NCBI GenBank assembly: GCA_964442455.1
Contig: CAYTZB010000001.1
Span: forward strand, 85,910-149,909
Direction of reading: 5' to 3'
DNA length: 64,000 nt
From: an uncultured Gammaproteobacteria bacterium
Lineage (GTDB): Bacteria; Patescibacteriota; Microgenomatia; UBA8517; JACQJR01
Position 1 is the first letter of the stretch. Each line of letters starts with the position of its first letter. A program made the translations under genes and the position numbers. Shown in pieces: positions 51,847 to 61,398 of this stretch. The notes below the pieces were generated by a model. The model made no database searches. It was given only the letters and a program-made list of their open reading frames with translations, and had not been told where the DNA came from.

Positions 51847-52850
51847 ATATTCTTTTCTTAACTCGTTTATATTATCCTCATATTGGGGGAGTGGAGAAGC
51901 ATGTTGGGGAAGTGGGAAAAAGATTAATTAAGAAAGGGTATAAAGTTACCATAGTTACTGAGTTGCTAGGTGAAACAAAGAGAGAAGAAATAAGAGATGG
52001 AATAAAAATAATAAGATTTGCTTATCCGAAAGTAAAGTTTTTGGGACTGATTTTTATCTGGCTACAGCTTTTAAGAAGATTTCAATTAATTAAAACGTCT
52101 GATATTTTACATGTACATGATGTATTTGTGTGGTATTTACCTTTTAAATTTTTATTTCCTCAAAAATCAGTGTATGTGACGTTTCATGGATGGGAGGGAA
52201 AGTACCCGGTACCTTGGAGTAATAAATTTTTGCGAAAAGTTGCAGAAAAGCTCTCTTGGGGGAATATCTGTGTTGGTGATTACCTTAAGAAATGGTATGG
52301 AACAAATCCTACCTTTGTTACTTATGGCGGAATTAATATAATTCAAAATTTAAAAGTCCTAGCAAAATTCAAAATTGTTTTTATTGGGAGGTTAACTGGG
52401 GAATCTGGGCTAGTTACGTATTTAAAAACCCTAAAACTTTTAAAATTCCCTCATGACCAAATTGTTTTTTTAGGGGACGGGCCACTTAGAGATGAGGCTA
52501 ATAAATTCGGGCAAGTTTGTGGGTTTATTGAAAATATAAATCCATACCTATCAAATTCTCGATTTGTGATAGCCTTAGGCTTTCTTTCCATTCTTGAAGG
52601 AATGGCGGCCAGAAAACTTATTTTCTCAGTTTATAATAATCCACTTAGGCAGGATTATTTAAAAATGGCACCATTTGCGAGGTGGATTGTCGCTGAAAGT
52701 TCGCCGAAAAAATTAGCCGAGAAAGTAGAGTATTATTTAAAACACCCTGAAGAAGAAAAAAAACTAGTGGAAGAGGGGTATAACTGGATACAACAACAAA
52801 CATGGGATAAAGTTGTGGAAATATATCTAAGACTTTGGAGGTTTCAATAA
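51843..52850 (+). CDS. glycosyltransferase family 4 (GT-B)
   Basis: N-terminus MNILFLTRLYYPHIGGVEKHV. C-terminal GT1/GT4 domain. Confidence 0.85.
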   Translation: MNILFLTRLYYPHIGGVEKHVGEVGKRLIKKGYKVTIVTELLGETKREEIRDGIKIIRFAYPKVKFLGLIFIWLQLLRRFQLIKTSDILHVHDVFVWYLPFKFLFPQKSVYVTFHGWEGKYPVPWSNKFLRKVAEKLSWGNICVGDYLKKWYGTNPTFVTYGGINIIQNLKVLAKFKIVFIGRLTGESGLVTYLKTLKLLKFPHDQIVFLGDGPLRDEANKFGQVCGFIENINPYLSNSRFVIALGFLSILEGMAARKLIFSVYNNPLRQDYLKMAPFARWIVAESSPKKLAEKVEYYLKHPEEEKKLVEEGYNWIQQQTWDKVVEIYLRLWRFQ

Positions 52851-52883
52851 TCATATATTCATATATGAATAGCAGATTGTGAT

Positions 52884-53795
52884 ATGAAGACTTCGATTGT
52901 AATTACAGTATTAAATGAAGAAAAGACGATTAGAAAACTTATTACATCACTTTTTAATCAAACGAAAAGTCCGGATGAGGTAATTATTGTGGATGGAGGA
53001 TCAACCGATGCTACTACATCGATAGTTTCCAATGAAAATTTAAAACTTAGATTGCTGGTTAAACTTGGGAATAGGGCTATTGGTAGAAATTATGGGATTG
53101 AACAGGCAAAAAATGAGATTATTGTGATAACGGATGCTGGTGGATATCCTAAAAATGATTGGTTGGAAAAGATTGTCTCTCCGTTTAAAAATCCTCGTGT
53201 TAAAGTAGTAAGCGGATATTATGTTTCTCTTGCAAAGACTTCTTTCGAAAAGTGCGTAGCCCCCTATTTTTTGGTTATGCCGGACGCGCTCCCCAAAGAT
53301 GGGGAATTTCTACCTTCTTCCCGCTCCGTTGCATTTCGGAAAAGTGTATGGAAGAAAGCGGGTGGATATCCTGAGAAATTTTCTCATAATGAGGATTTAG
53401 TATTCGATTATAATTTGAAAAAAATGGGAATTTCATTTTTCTTTAATCAAAAAGCAGTGGTGTATTGGTATCCACCCCAGAATCTTTTTTTTGCTGCCAA
53501 GAAATTTTTTAGATTTGCTTATGGCGATGCACAAGCGGGAATAAAACGTCCTAGGGTGCCTTTTATTTTTATGCGGTATGGAGTAGCATTACTGCTTTTG
53601 GCAGCAGGCGCATATCCTCTTCTTTTTTTACTCATTTTTCTTTATGGATTTTGGGTAATAGGGAAACACTTTAAATATGTGAAGCAACCCAGTGCACTTT
53701 TTTGGTTGCCGATTATTCAAGTTACAGCTGATTTTGCTATTATGAGTGGAACTCTTATTGGTAAGATGCGAAAAGTGAGGGTACAAGATAAATGA
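52884..53795 (+). CDS. glycosyltransferase family 2 with C-terminal TM segments
   Basis: SIVITVLNEEKTI, VIIVDGGSTDAT and a DxD-equivalent TDAG. Confidence 0.85.
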   Translation: MKTSIVITVLNEEKTIRKLITSLFNQTKSPDEVIIVDGGSTDATTSIVSNENLKLRLLVKLGNRAIGRNYGIEQAKNEIIVITDAGGYPKNDWLEKIVSPFKNPRVKVVSGYYVSLAKTSFEKCVAPYFLVMPDALPKDGEFLPSSRSVAFRKSVWKKAGGYPEKFSHNEDLVFDYNLKKMGISFFFNQKAVVYWYPPQNLFFAAKKFFRFAYGDAQAGIKRPRVPFIFMRYGVALLLLAAGAYPLLFLLIFLYGFWVIGKHFKYVKQPSALFWLPIIQVTADFAIMSGTLIGKMRKVRVQDK

Positions 53796-54535
53796 AAATT
53801 TCTGTTATAGTTTTGGCCAAAAATGAAGAAAAAAATATTAAGGAGTGTTTAGAAAGCCTTAAATTCTGTGAAGAGATGATTGTTATTGATGACAATTCAG
53901 ATGATAAAACGCGAGAGATTGCAAAAGAGATGGGGGCAAAAGTGTTTATACGCGCACTTGAAGGGAATTTTGCAGCACAAAGAAACTTTGGATTGGAACA
54001 GGTGAGGGGAGAGTGGGTCTTGTTTGTGGATGCGGATGAGATTATTTCACCCACGTTGCGGGATGAAATAAAATCCGAAGTCCGAAGCACGAAATTCGAA
54101 ATTAATGGATATCTCTTTAAAAGAGAAGACATGTTATGGGGAAGAAAATTGAGGTACGGAGAGGTGGGAAACATTCAATTGCTTAGATTGGCACGAAAGG
54201 GCAGTGGTATATGGAAACGGCGGGTGCATGAGTATTGGGATGTGAGAGGAAAAGTTGGTGAGTTAAAAAATCCTTTGCTTCATTTTCCCCATCAAACATT
54301 AAATGAGTTTGTCAAAGATATTGAATTTTATTCTACTCTTCATGCGCAACAAAAAAAGGATGATAATGAGCGCTCAAGTATAGTTAAAATCGTGCTATGG
54401 CCATTGGCTAAATTCACAAAAGATTGGATACTTAAAGGCGGATTCTTGGATGGGGTACCAGGCTTAATACATGCATTACTGATGAGCCTTCATTCGTTTC
54501 TTGCGTGGAGTAAATTATGGTTACTCAAGCATTGA
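53792..54535 (+). CDS. glycosyltransferase family 2
   Basis: ISVIVLAKNEEKNI, IVIDDNSDDKT and LFVDADE. Confidence 0.85.
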   Translation: MKISVIVLAKNEEKNIKECLESLKFCEEMIVIDDNSDDKTREIAKEMGAKVFIRALEGNFAAQRNFGLEQVRGEWVLFVDADEIISPTLRDEIKSEVRSTKFEINGYLFKREDMLWGRKLRYGEVGNIQLLRLARKGSGIWKRRVHEYWDVRGKVGELKNPLLHFPHQTLNEFVKDIEFYSTLHAQQKKDDNERSSIVKIVLWPLAKFTKDWILKGGFLDGVPGLIHALLMSLHSFLAWSKLWLLKH

Positions 54536-55812
54536 GAAAAATTCTTTGGTTTTTAGTTTTTTTATACCTTGTTTCATTTCCCTTTGGGCAATTAACAAAA
54601 CTACCGTTATCTCTTCCCTTTCCAGAAATACGAATTTACGCAACAGACGTACTTGTCGGAGTCGTGGGATGTTTGTGGGCAGTAGGGTGGGTGGTGATAA
54701 GGAAGAAACGAAATACACCGCCATTTACTAAAGAGTTATTGGTATTTCTAGCAGTTGCTCTTTTTTCACTCATCCTGAATAGTCCCCTCTTTGAGGGTAG
54801 GGAAGTACTGGTGTCCTCCTTATATCTTATTCGTGTTATTACGTATGTGCTTTTCTATTTTGCGGTAGGGAGCGTTCTAGAAACAGCACAAGAAAAAAAA
54901 TTATTGCTTTCGTCTCTCATTGCAGTTGGGTCCATGCTCGCGGTGTTTGGGTGGGTTCAATATTTTCTGTTTCCGGACATTCGCCCATTCATTGAGTTTG
55001 GCTGGGATGAACATTTGAGCAGGATTGTCGGTACATTTCTCGACCCTAATTTTAGCGCCCTTATTCTTGTTTTGACATTGGTACCACTAACGTTTTCCGC
55101 CTTCGCCAAAGGCTACGGTGGATCCTCCATAGCCTTCAGCGACGGAGGACAATTAATTAAAAAGAAAAGTTTATCGATTTCTCTTTTATGGATTTTTGTA
55201 TTCGTAACGCTTTTATTTACCTATTCCCGCAGCGGCTATCTTACATTTTTAGTTTCAATGGCGGCTATATCATTTTTAATGAAGAAACCGCAACTTTTAC
55301 TCATTTCAGTACTTCTTTTAGTAGTTGGTATCGCGTTGTTGCCGCGGCCCGGTGGTGAAGGCGTACAGCTTGCCCGCACTGCGAGTAACATCGCTCGATT
55401 AGAGAATTGGAGTGAGGCACTTTCGTTTACATCCGACTCTCCCCTTTTTGGAGTAGGATTTAACAATTTACGGTATGTGAGAGAGCGCAAAGGATTACTC
55501 GAAGAACCATATGGGCCCTCTCACGCGGCGGCTGGAATTGATAATAGTTTTTTGTTTGTGCTGGCAACTACAGGAATTGCTGGATTATTAGTGTTTGCAG
55601 CACTGGTTACACAGCTTTTCAAAGCGGCATGGCAGGTCTACCTGCCCCGCCTGCGCGAGCAGGGCAGGCAGGCACGCACGGACGAAGGAAATGCGCTTTT
55701 CGTATCTTTAGTAGCGGTTGTTGCCCATTCTCTATTTTTAAATAGTATGTTTTATCCGTGGGTTATGGGATGGATGGCCGTTCTTTTGGCTCTAACTACA
55801 AGGAGAAAGTAA
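54517..55812 (+). CDS. O-antigen ligase/polymerase-like (Wzy_C family) membrane protein
   Basis: More than 10 TM helices. Central Wzy_C-like region TYSRSGYLTFLVSMAAI. Confidence 0.7.
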   Translation: MVTQALRKILWFLVFLYLVSFPFGQLTKLPLSLPFPEIRIYATDVLVGVVGCLWAVGWVVIRKKRNTPPFTKELLVFLAVALFSLILNSPLFEGREVLVSSLYLIRVITYVLFYFAVGSVLETAQEKKLLLSSLIAVGSMLAVFGWVQYFLFPDIRPFIEFGWDEHLSRIVGTFLDPNFSALILVLTLVPLTFSAFAKGYGGSSIAFSDGGQLIKKKSLSISLLWIFVFVTLLFTYSRSGYLTFLVSMAAISFLMKKPQLLLISVLLLVVGIALLPRPGGEGVQLARTASNIARLENWSEALSFTSDSPLFGVGFNNLRYVRERKGLLEEPYGPSHAAAGIDNSFLFVLATTGIAGLLVFAALVTQLFKAAWQVYLPRLREQGRQARTDEGNALFVSLVAVVAHSLFLNSMFYPWVMGWMAVLLALTTRRK

Positions 55813-56509
55813 GAATAAGCTCTTTTTCCGTACTATTTCCCGCCTCATCCATAGCTTTAATAATAAATTTGTTTTCTCCGGGAGAAAGTTTTATTTGGGT
55901 TGAAAAATTGTTTTCCGCATCTTGGGTAACGAGACGGTCATTGACCGATATTTGTGCTTCTTCATTCACCCAACCACGGATAGTAACGGTTTCTTGGCTC
56001 TTGCCTGAAAAATTTGTTGTTTGGGGCTCGGTAATAGCAATCTCAGGTGGCGTGGTATCTAGAGTTACGCTGAGAGGTTCTGAATTTTGACTTTCATTTC
56101 CTGCCTCGTCTTTTGCGCGTGCAACAAAAGTATTTTCCCCCTCAAGAAGGGTTATTCCCTTTTGAAAGAGTGCGCTCTCGTCAGCGGTGACTTTTCCTAG
56201 TTCGCCCCCATTTCGGAAAAGTGTAACTTCCGAGTTTGCCTCGCTTGTACCGGAGATAATGAGGGTTGCGCTATTCGTGGCAAGTTCCAACGTTGAGAAG
56301 CGAGGTATGGGTGGAGGTGTGGTGTCGTTCTTGTTTGCTTGAGAGGTGCTATTGCGCAGATCAGAAATAAATGCGCCTAAGCGGGCAACGGTAGGGATAC
56401 CAAAAAAAATAAGGAGAACGAAGAGAGCGATGGTAAGAAATGTGTAGAGCGCTGCTCGCCTACGATGTTTTCGCTCTTCAACGGTAAGTAGTCGTGAGTA
56501 TCTTCGCAT
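55796..56509 (-). CDS. hypothetical membrane-anchored protein with Ig-like (Big-type) beta domains
   Basis: N-terminal TM. Repeated beta-rich segments. Confidence 0.45.
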   Translation of the reverse strand: MRRYSRLLTVEERKHRRRAALYTFLTIALFVLLIFFGIPTVARLGAFISDLRNSTSQANKNDTTPPPIPRFSTLELATNSATLIISGTSEANSEVTLFRNGGELGKVTADESALFQKGITLLEGENTFVARAKDEAGNESQNSEPLSVTLDTTPPEIAITEPQTTNFSGKSQETVTIRGWVNEEAQISVNDRLVTQDAENNFSTQIKLSPGENKFIIKAMDEAGNSTEKELILTFSL

Positions 56510-56525
56510 TTTTAAAAGCCAAATG

Positions 56526-56597
56526 AGCCGGAGGTGGGATTTGAACCCACGACTTGCTCTTTACGAAAGAGCTACTCTACCGCTGAGTTACTCCGGC
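56526..56597 (-). tRNA. tRNA-Thr (anticodon CGT)
   Basis: The reverse complement folds as GCCGGAG TA ACTC..GAGT A GCTCT TTCGTAA AGAGC AAGTC GTGGG TTCAAAT CCCAC CTCCGGC. Confidence 0.85.
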
Positions 56598-56622
56598 ATT
56601 ACTATCTCATTATACCAAAATA

Positions 56623-57189
56623 ATGTGGTACAATAAATTTTTAAACGGCATGTTGCACGAAAGACGACAAGAGATTGAAGACACTGGCAAAAAGCCGGAT
56701 ATTTTTTTAATGGAGCCTGATGAGTACTTAGAACTCATGGGAGATGGCTTATTGAATGGTCACCATGCGTTTGATTTGCTCGATTTAACAAAGTTTAGCG
56801 AGTATTCTCATTTGCGTGTACCTGATTACGTATTAGTTCATAATGCACCAAAAATTCATATTCCTCCTCTACGACATCACGAATCGTCGTCTTTGTATTT
56901 GATAAACGAGTGGTATGAAGGGAATGATAGAATTTTACTCTCAATTTTACCGCCTTATTCTAAAAGTTCAACACACCATCATCCGCAACCGGTGAGAGAG
57001 TTTTATTGGTGTTTATGGGGAGAATTTAGTGTGAATGGGGTATTACTTAGGCGTGGGGATAGACACTTAATACTTCCCGGAGAAGTACATCAGGCAGCGA
57101 CTGAAGGAGAGTTAGCGATAATACTTATTCGGATGGAAAATGCAAAAGGCGTCCCAGAAAGCCAATTGCATACCCGTTCTATTACTTAA
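56623..57189 (+). CDS. hypothetical cupin-fold protein
   Basis: C-terminal double-stranded beta-helix-like region (HPQPVREFYWCLWGEF...GEVHQA). The start could be ATG 56650. Confidence 0.45.
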   Translation: MWYNKFLNGMLHERRQEIEDTGKKPDIFLMEPDEYLELMGDGLLNGHHAFDLLDLTKFSEYSHLRVPDYVLVHNAPKIHIPPLRHHESSSLYLINEWYEGNDRILLSILPPYSKSSTHHHPQPVREFYWCLWGEFSVNGVLLRRGDRHLILPGEVHQAATEGELAIILIRMENAKGVPESQLHTRSIT

Positions 57190-57739
57190 AAGGAGCTTCA
57201 AGCACCTCTTTTGCCCCCGAGATAGCCGTCTTAAGGGAATTCTTGACAGCTTCAGCGGTTTCTGTGCTTATGCTTTCTGCTGCTTCAACAGCTGCTAATA
57301 CCGCCTTTTTTGTTGTTCCGCCTACATCCCCGCCAACTTCTGTCGTAGCATCAATCGCACCTTGCACGGCCCCTACTGCGACTTGTGCAACGTCTCCGCC
57401 GACATCCGCTGTTTGTTTGATAGTTCCTTTTACCGCATTTCCCGTTGCTTCTACAATATCCCCGCCGACATCAGATACTCCTTGGACAATTGCCTTTACG
57501 CCTGTCCGTGCTGCTGAGACCAAAGACACGCCAGTCGTACTTGCCCCTAAAATTACCCCTTGGGCAACGTCAGTTGCAACCTGAACTGTAGTTGTAGCTA
57601 TGTCTCCGCTAGCGCGCAATGAATTAACTACTGTATCACGAACGAGCTTTGTCGCTTCTGCCGTTATTTCGTTTGTTCCTCTGATGGCTGCAACAATGCC
57701 GTCTTTCACCTCGTTTACAATGTTTGCCAATATTGCCAT
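57182..57739 (-). CDS. hypothetical repeat protein (VGGDV/A-rich repeats)
   Basis: Degenerate repeats TEVGGDVGG, ADVGGDVAQ and SDVGGDIVE. N-terminal hydrophobic segment. Confidence 0.45.
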   Translation of the reverse strand: MAILANIVNEVKDGIVAAIRGTNEITAEATKLVRDTVVNSLRASGDIATTTVQVATDVAQGVILGASTTGVSLVSAARTGVKAIVQGVSDVGGDIVEATGNAVKGTIKQTADVGGDVAQVAVGAVQGAIDATTEVGGDVGGTTKKAVLAAVEAAESISTETAEAVKNSLKTAISGAKEVLEAPFK

Positions 57740-57821
57740 AATTTCTCACCTCCTCCTGTTTAACTGTATGAGGTATAAAGGCACTTGTCAAGAATTGAAA
57801 GAATTTACATTGACACCTATT

Positions 57822-58007
57822 TCAAGTGAAGAAATAAATATAGACTACTAAGGAATCGATTATCAAACCACCAATGCCTATGATAAGCAAGGCTATTGTT
57901 GCCCATTGAGGGATAAAATGACCAGTTTTCAGGGACCACGCTGATAACACAGTAATGAAACCGAAGACACCTACTCCTAGGATATCAAAAACCTCTGGTC
58001 TGAACAT
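57822..58007 (-). CDS. small membrane protein (61 aa, two TM helices)
   Basis: Hydrophobic ORF. Confidence is limited by its small size. Confidence 0.3.
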   Translation of the reverse strand: MFRPEVFDILGVGVFGFITVLSAWSLKTGHFIPQWATIALLIIGIGGLIIDSLVVYIYFFT

Positions 58008-58031
58008 AGCAGTGAGTTTATTATAACAGCA

Positions 58032-58144
58032 TTCAAGAAAACTCCCGACTTTCAGTCGGGAGATGAATTGAACGCTGATATGTCATCCTCCTTTAGAGGA
58101 AACCCCGCTTTTCAAAGCGGGGAGGATGTCATAGTATAATTCTT
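58032..58144. mobile_element. element A, copy 3 (full length, intergenic)
   Basis: About 85% identical to copy 1. Hairpins 1 and 3 differ from copy 1 by compensatory changes (CGCAATTTATTGCG vs CGACTTTCAGTCG; GCTCGTTAGAGC vs CCCGCTTTTCAAAGCGGG). Confidence 0.7.
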
Positions 58145-58675
58145 TTGACATGAAATTTGCGGTTGGGAGCGATGAGAAGACTAAGATAACGGACTTTGTG
58201 GTCGATTATCTTAAAACACGTACAAAAACTCTATATTGACGTTTATTAAAAACTAATTTCATAATAAAAGATAGAAAGGGGGTAAGATGACTGCAACAGG
58301 TGAAAAACATTGGCACGCAAGCTATTACTTTCCTGCATTTATTTTATGGACACGTCATGATGAAGAAGGGAATGTAACTTTGGAGATTCTTGCCGCACTT
58401 GGTATAATTCCAATTGCGGTTAAGTTAAACTTCTAAAGGTATAAAGTACACGTACGGGTCCTATCTAATGGTCAATTCTTTTCTTTCGCGCTCGACCCGC
58501 ACCCGAGCGCGCAACGCGGATTCTTCTTGTGAGCTCTTGAACGTATTTTACAGCTTAAAGCACTGAAAGACCACTTTCTCCAATCTTCTGGAATTAAGTT
58601 CTATCATTCTCTGTTAATTCCTGTTATACTATGGAGTAGACCGCTAACGTCTGACCAAAGGCGGTTTTTTGTTTT

Positions 58676-60514
58676 ATGAATATACGAAACGTTGCCATTA
58701 TTGCTCATGTTGACCACGGAAAAACCACTCTCGTGGATGCTTTGCTGCGCCAAAGCCACACCCAATTAAATAAAGAACAATCTGAGGAAAACCAAATAAT
58801 GGACAGTAATGAGCTTGAACGTGAGCGCGGCATAACGATTTTCTCCAAAAACGCTTCTGTTGAATACAAAGGCACAAAAATTAATATTATCGATACTCCA
58901 GGACATGCCGATTTTGGCGGAGAGGTCGAACGTGTTCTTTCCATGGCTGATGGAGCTTTGCTTCTAGTTGATGCAACAGAGGGGCCCATGCCCCAAACGA
59001 GATTTGTCCTTAAGCAGGCCTTAAAAATGGGCCTTAAAGTTATTGTCATTATAAATAAAATTGACGCTAAAAATGCTAAGCCCGAACATGCTCTTGGTAA
59101 AACATTTGATTTATTTGTAGAGCTGGGGGCAGACGAAGAAACCGCATTTTTCCCAACTGTTTATGCTTCAGGACGCGACGGTAAAGCAGGAATAGGGACC
59201 GATTTAGGAAAAATGACAGACATTATTCCCATTTTTGATGCAATTTTGAAATATGTACCGGAACCGCGTGTTCATGGCCTAAAACCACTTCAGATGAGAG
59301 TTTCGACTATCGGCAAGGATAACTATAAAGGCAGAATTGCCATTGGGAAGATTTATTCGGGAATAATTAAAAACGGCCAAGATGTTGCACACATTAACCG
59401 CGAAGGAATAATTTCTAAATATAAAATTACGTCTCTTTCTACATTTAAGGGACTCGGGAAAACTGATGTGGAAGAAGCCCAAGCAGGAGATATTGTTGCC
59501 GTTGCAGGAATTGCCGATGTAAATATTGGGGAAACCATTGCAGATCCGGTTACACCGGTTGCCTTACCGCTTTTATCAATTGAAGAACCAACCGTAAAAA
59601 TGATTTTTATGGTTAATAATTCTCCGTTTGGAGGACATGAGGGAGAATTTAAAACCTCACGTCAAATAAGCGCCAGGCTTCATAAAGAGCTTGAAACTGA
59701 CGTTGCCTTGAGGGTTGAAGACAATTCGGACGGTACCTGGACAGTTTCGGGGCGTGGTGAACTTCACTTGGCAATCTTAATTGAGAGAATGAGAAGGGAA
59801 GGATACGAGTTTCAGGTAAGCCGTCCCCACGTTATTAACAAAACTATTAATGGAGTGAAGATGACGCCTTTCGAAAAAGTGTATATAGAAGTCCCTCAAG
59901 AGTATTCCGGAACTGTTATTCAAAAAATGGGCCAGAGACACGCCAAAATGGACACTATGGAAACCCGTGAGGGAGTAATTTACTTGGTGTTTACGGTTGC
60001 AACGAAGGAGCTCATCGGATTTAGAAGCGAGTTTATTACGGATACAAAAGGACTTGGAGTTATTAACGCTGCATTTTTTGAATTTCAACCGGACGACAGT
60101 TTTCAAAGGGAAAGGGAAAGAGGGTCCTTGGTTGCGTATGAAAGTGGAGAGACAAGACTTTACGGCTTAACCGGAGTCCAGGACAGAGGTGGGCTTTTTG
60201 TCGGCCCGGGGATATTAGTTTATAAAGGCCAGATTATTGGCCAAAATTCACGATCGGGGGATATGAGAGTTAACGTTTGTAAAGAAAAGAAACTCAGTAA
60301 CATGCGCTCAAAAGGTGACGGAACAAGGGAGCATTTTAATGCCCCAAAAATAATGGGTCTTGAGGATGCGCTTGAATATATCGACGACACGGAACTAGTT
60401 GAAGTTACTCCCAAAAGCATTAGGATTCGCAAAATGATTTTGGATGAAGTGGAAGAGCGCAAAAACCAAAAACTTCGTCAGGTTTCAGACGAATCACCTG
60501 TCTTGAGCGGGTGA
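58676..60514 (+). CDS. typA: ribosome-associated translational GTPase TypA/BipA
   Basis: NVAIIAHVDHGKTTLVDALL G-domain and an EF-G-like domain order. 612 aa. Confidence 0.95.
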   Translation: MNIRNVAIIAHVDHGKTTLVDALLRQSHTQLNKEQSEENQIMDSNELERERGITIFSKNASVEYKGTKINIIDTPGHADFGGEVERVLSMADGALLLVDATEGPMPQTRFVLKQALKMGLKVIVIINKIDAKNAKPEHALGKTFDLFVELGADEETAFFPTVYASGRDGKAGIGTDLGKMTDIIPIFDAILKYVPEPRVHGLKPLQMRVSTIGKDNYKGRIAIGKIYSGIIKNGQDVAHINREGIISKYKITSLSTFKGLGKTDVEEAQAGDIVAVAGIADVNIGETIADPVTPVALPLLSIEEPTVKMIFMVNNSPFGGHEGEFKTSRQISARLHKELETDVALRVEDNSDGTWTVSGRGELHLAILIERMRREGYEFQVSRPHVINKTINGVKMTPFEKVYIEVPQEYSGTVIQKMGQRHAKMDTMETREGVIYLVFTVATKELIGFRSEFITDTKGLGVINAAFFEFQPDDSFQRERERGSLVAYESGETRLYGLTGVQDRGGLFVGPGILVYKGQIIGQNSRSGDMRVNVCKEKKLSNMRSKGDGTREHFNAPKIMGLEDALEYIDDTELVEVTPKSIRIRKMILDEVEERKNQKLRQVSDESPVLSG

Positions 60515-60518
60515 AACG

Positions 60519-61280
60519 CTATCGATCCTCCCTTAAGGATGGGGTTGCTCTTTTTATGAAGTCAGCTTTTGTTTGATAAACCAAGACTTGGTTTTTGTAT
60601 GCCTCCAATGATTCCCGCATTTGCGCATCCATACGATTTATTGGATCGCTTAATCCCAAATCAAACAGTCTATAAAGTTCAGAGGGAAATGGATGTCCTT
60701 CTATATTAAATCCCCATCTTCGAGCGGCAATAGTTCCCATGCGGGGATGGGTCAACCCAACAACAAAATCTCCTCTCATACTGTTCAATATAATTGAATC
60801 AGCCACGAGTTCAAACGATCTTGTTAGCATCGCTGGTGTTACGACCGTACCAGCAGGACTGTCTTCGAAATTAACTTTGGGAATTTGGAGATCAATGGTC
60901 TGGGTTCCTCGAGGAATGATAGTTTCACCGTTCTCATTAACGAAATCCCAATCAGTAGTATCTTCTCTGAAATAAAGGATACCTAATCGTTTGTACTGAC
61001 GAGGGTCATACTCATGCGGTTTTTCTATGAAACGGTGAATAGTGCTAAAAGGAACAGTGAGTATTCCTCCTCCTTTAAGACTATTACGTAAATGATTAAA
61101 TAAACCCGTGATATTTTCTTCTGCTCCCCTCGTTTTTTCTTCTTCACTAAGAGTTTCTTTAACTGTATCCTCAATTGTATCCACATAATCTAATGCGTCG
61201 GCTATGTCAAGATCATCTATATAGTAATCTCTACCGACTTTTTTATTAGATTCGGCTCCTGTGAATTCGGCTTTACTCAT
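60519..61280 (-). CDS. hypothetical protein (253 aa)
   Basis: ORF convergent with typA. No recognised domain. Confidence 0.5.
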   Translation of the reverse strand: MSKAEFTGAESNKKVGRDYYIDDLDIADALDYVDTIEDTVKETLSEEEKTRGAEENITGLFNHLRNSLKGGGILTVPFSTIHRFIEKPHEYDPRQYKRLGILYFREDTTDWDFVNENGETIIPRGTQTIDLQIPKVNFEDSPAGTVVTPAMLTRSFELVADSIILNSMRGDFVVGLTHPRMGTIAARRWGFNIEGHPFPSELYRLFDLGLSDPINRMDAQMRESLEAYKNQVLVYQTKADFIKRATPSLREDR

Positions 61281-61398
61281 ACTAGGTGAAATTACTTTTG
61301 TGAGCGGGTGACCGTACTTTGCTCGAACCTGTACGATTCAATCACCCCTGACTTGATGTTACAACTTAATATATTGAAAAGCCATTTAGGACACGAGT

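Noticed and set aside
54082-54110. CGAAGCACGAA / AATTCGAAATT motif inside the second GT2 gene, resembling the ftsA-upstream AT-rich region (25345-25375)
   Set aside because: It is an 11-nt match in AT-rich context. The evidence is insufficient for an in-frame repeat insertion.
55614-55627. 14-nt exact match (GCTTTTCAAAGCGG) between the O-antigen-ligase CDS and hairpin 3 of element A copy 3
   Set aside because: It is too short and near-palindromic to call an element remnant. No flanking similarity is present.
60515-60560. Rho-independent terminator between the convergent typA and 60519-61280 genes
   Set aside because: There is a CCTTAAGG-centred palindrome with a following T-run, but the stem is short and AT-rich. 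Confidence is too low to list it as a feature.
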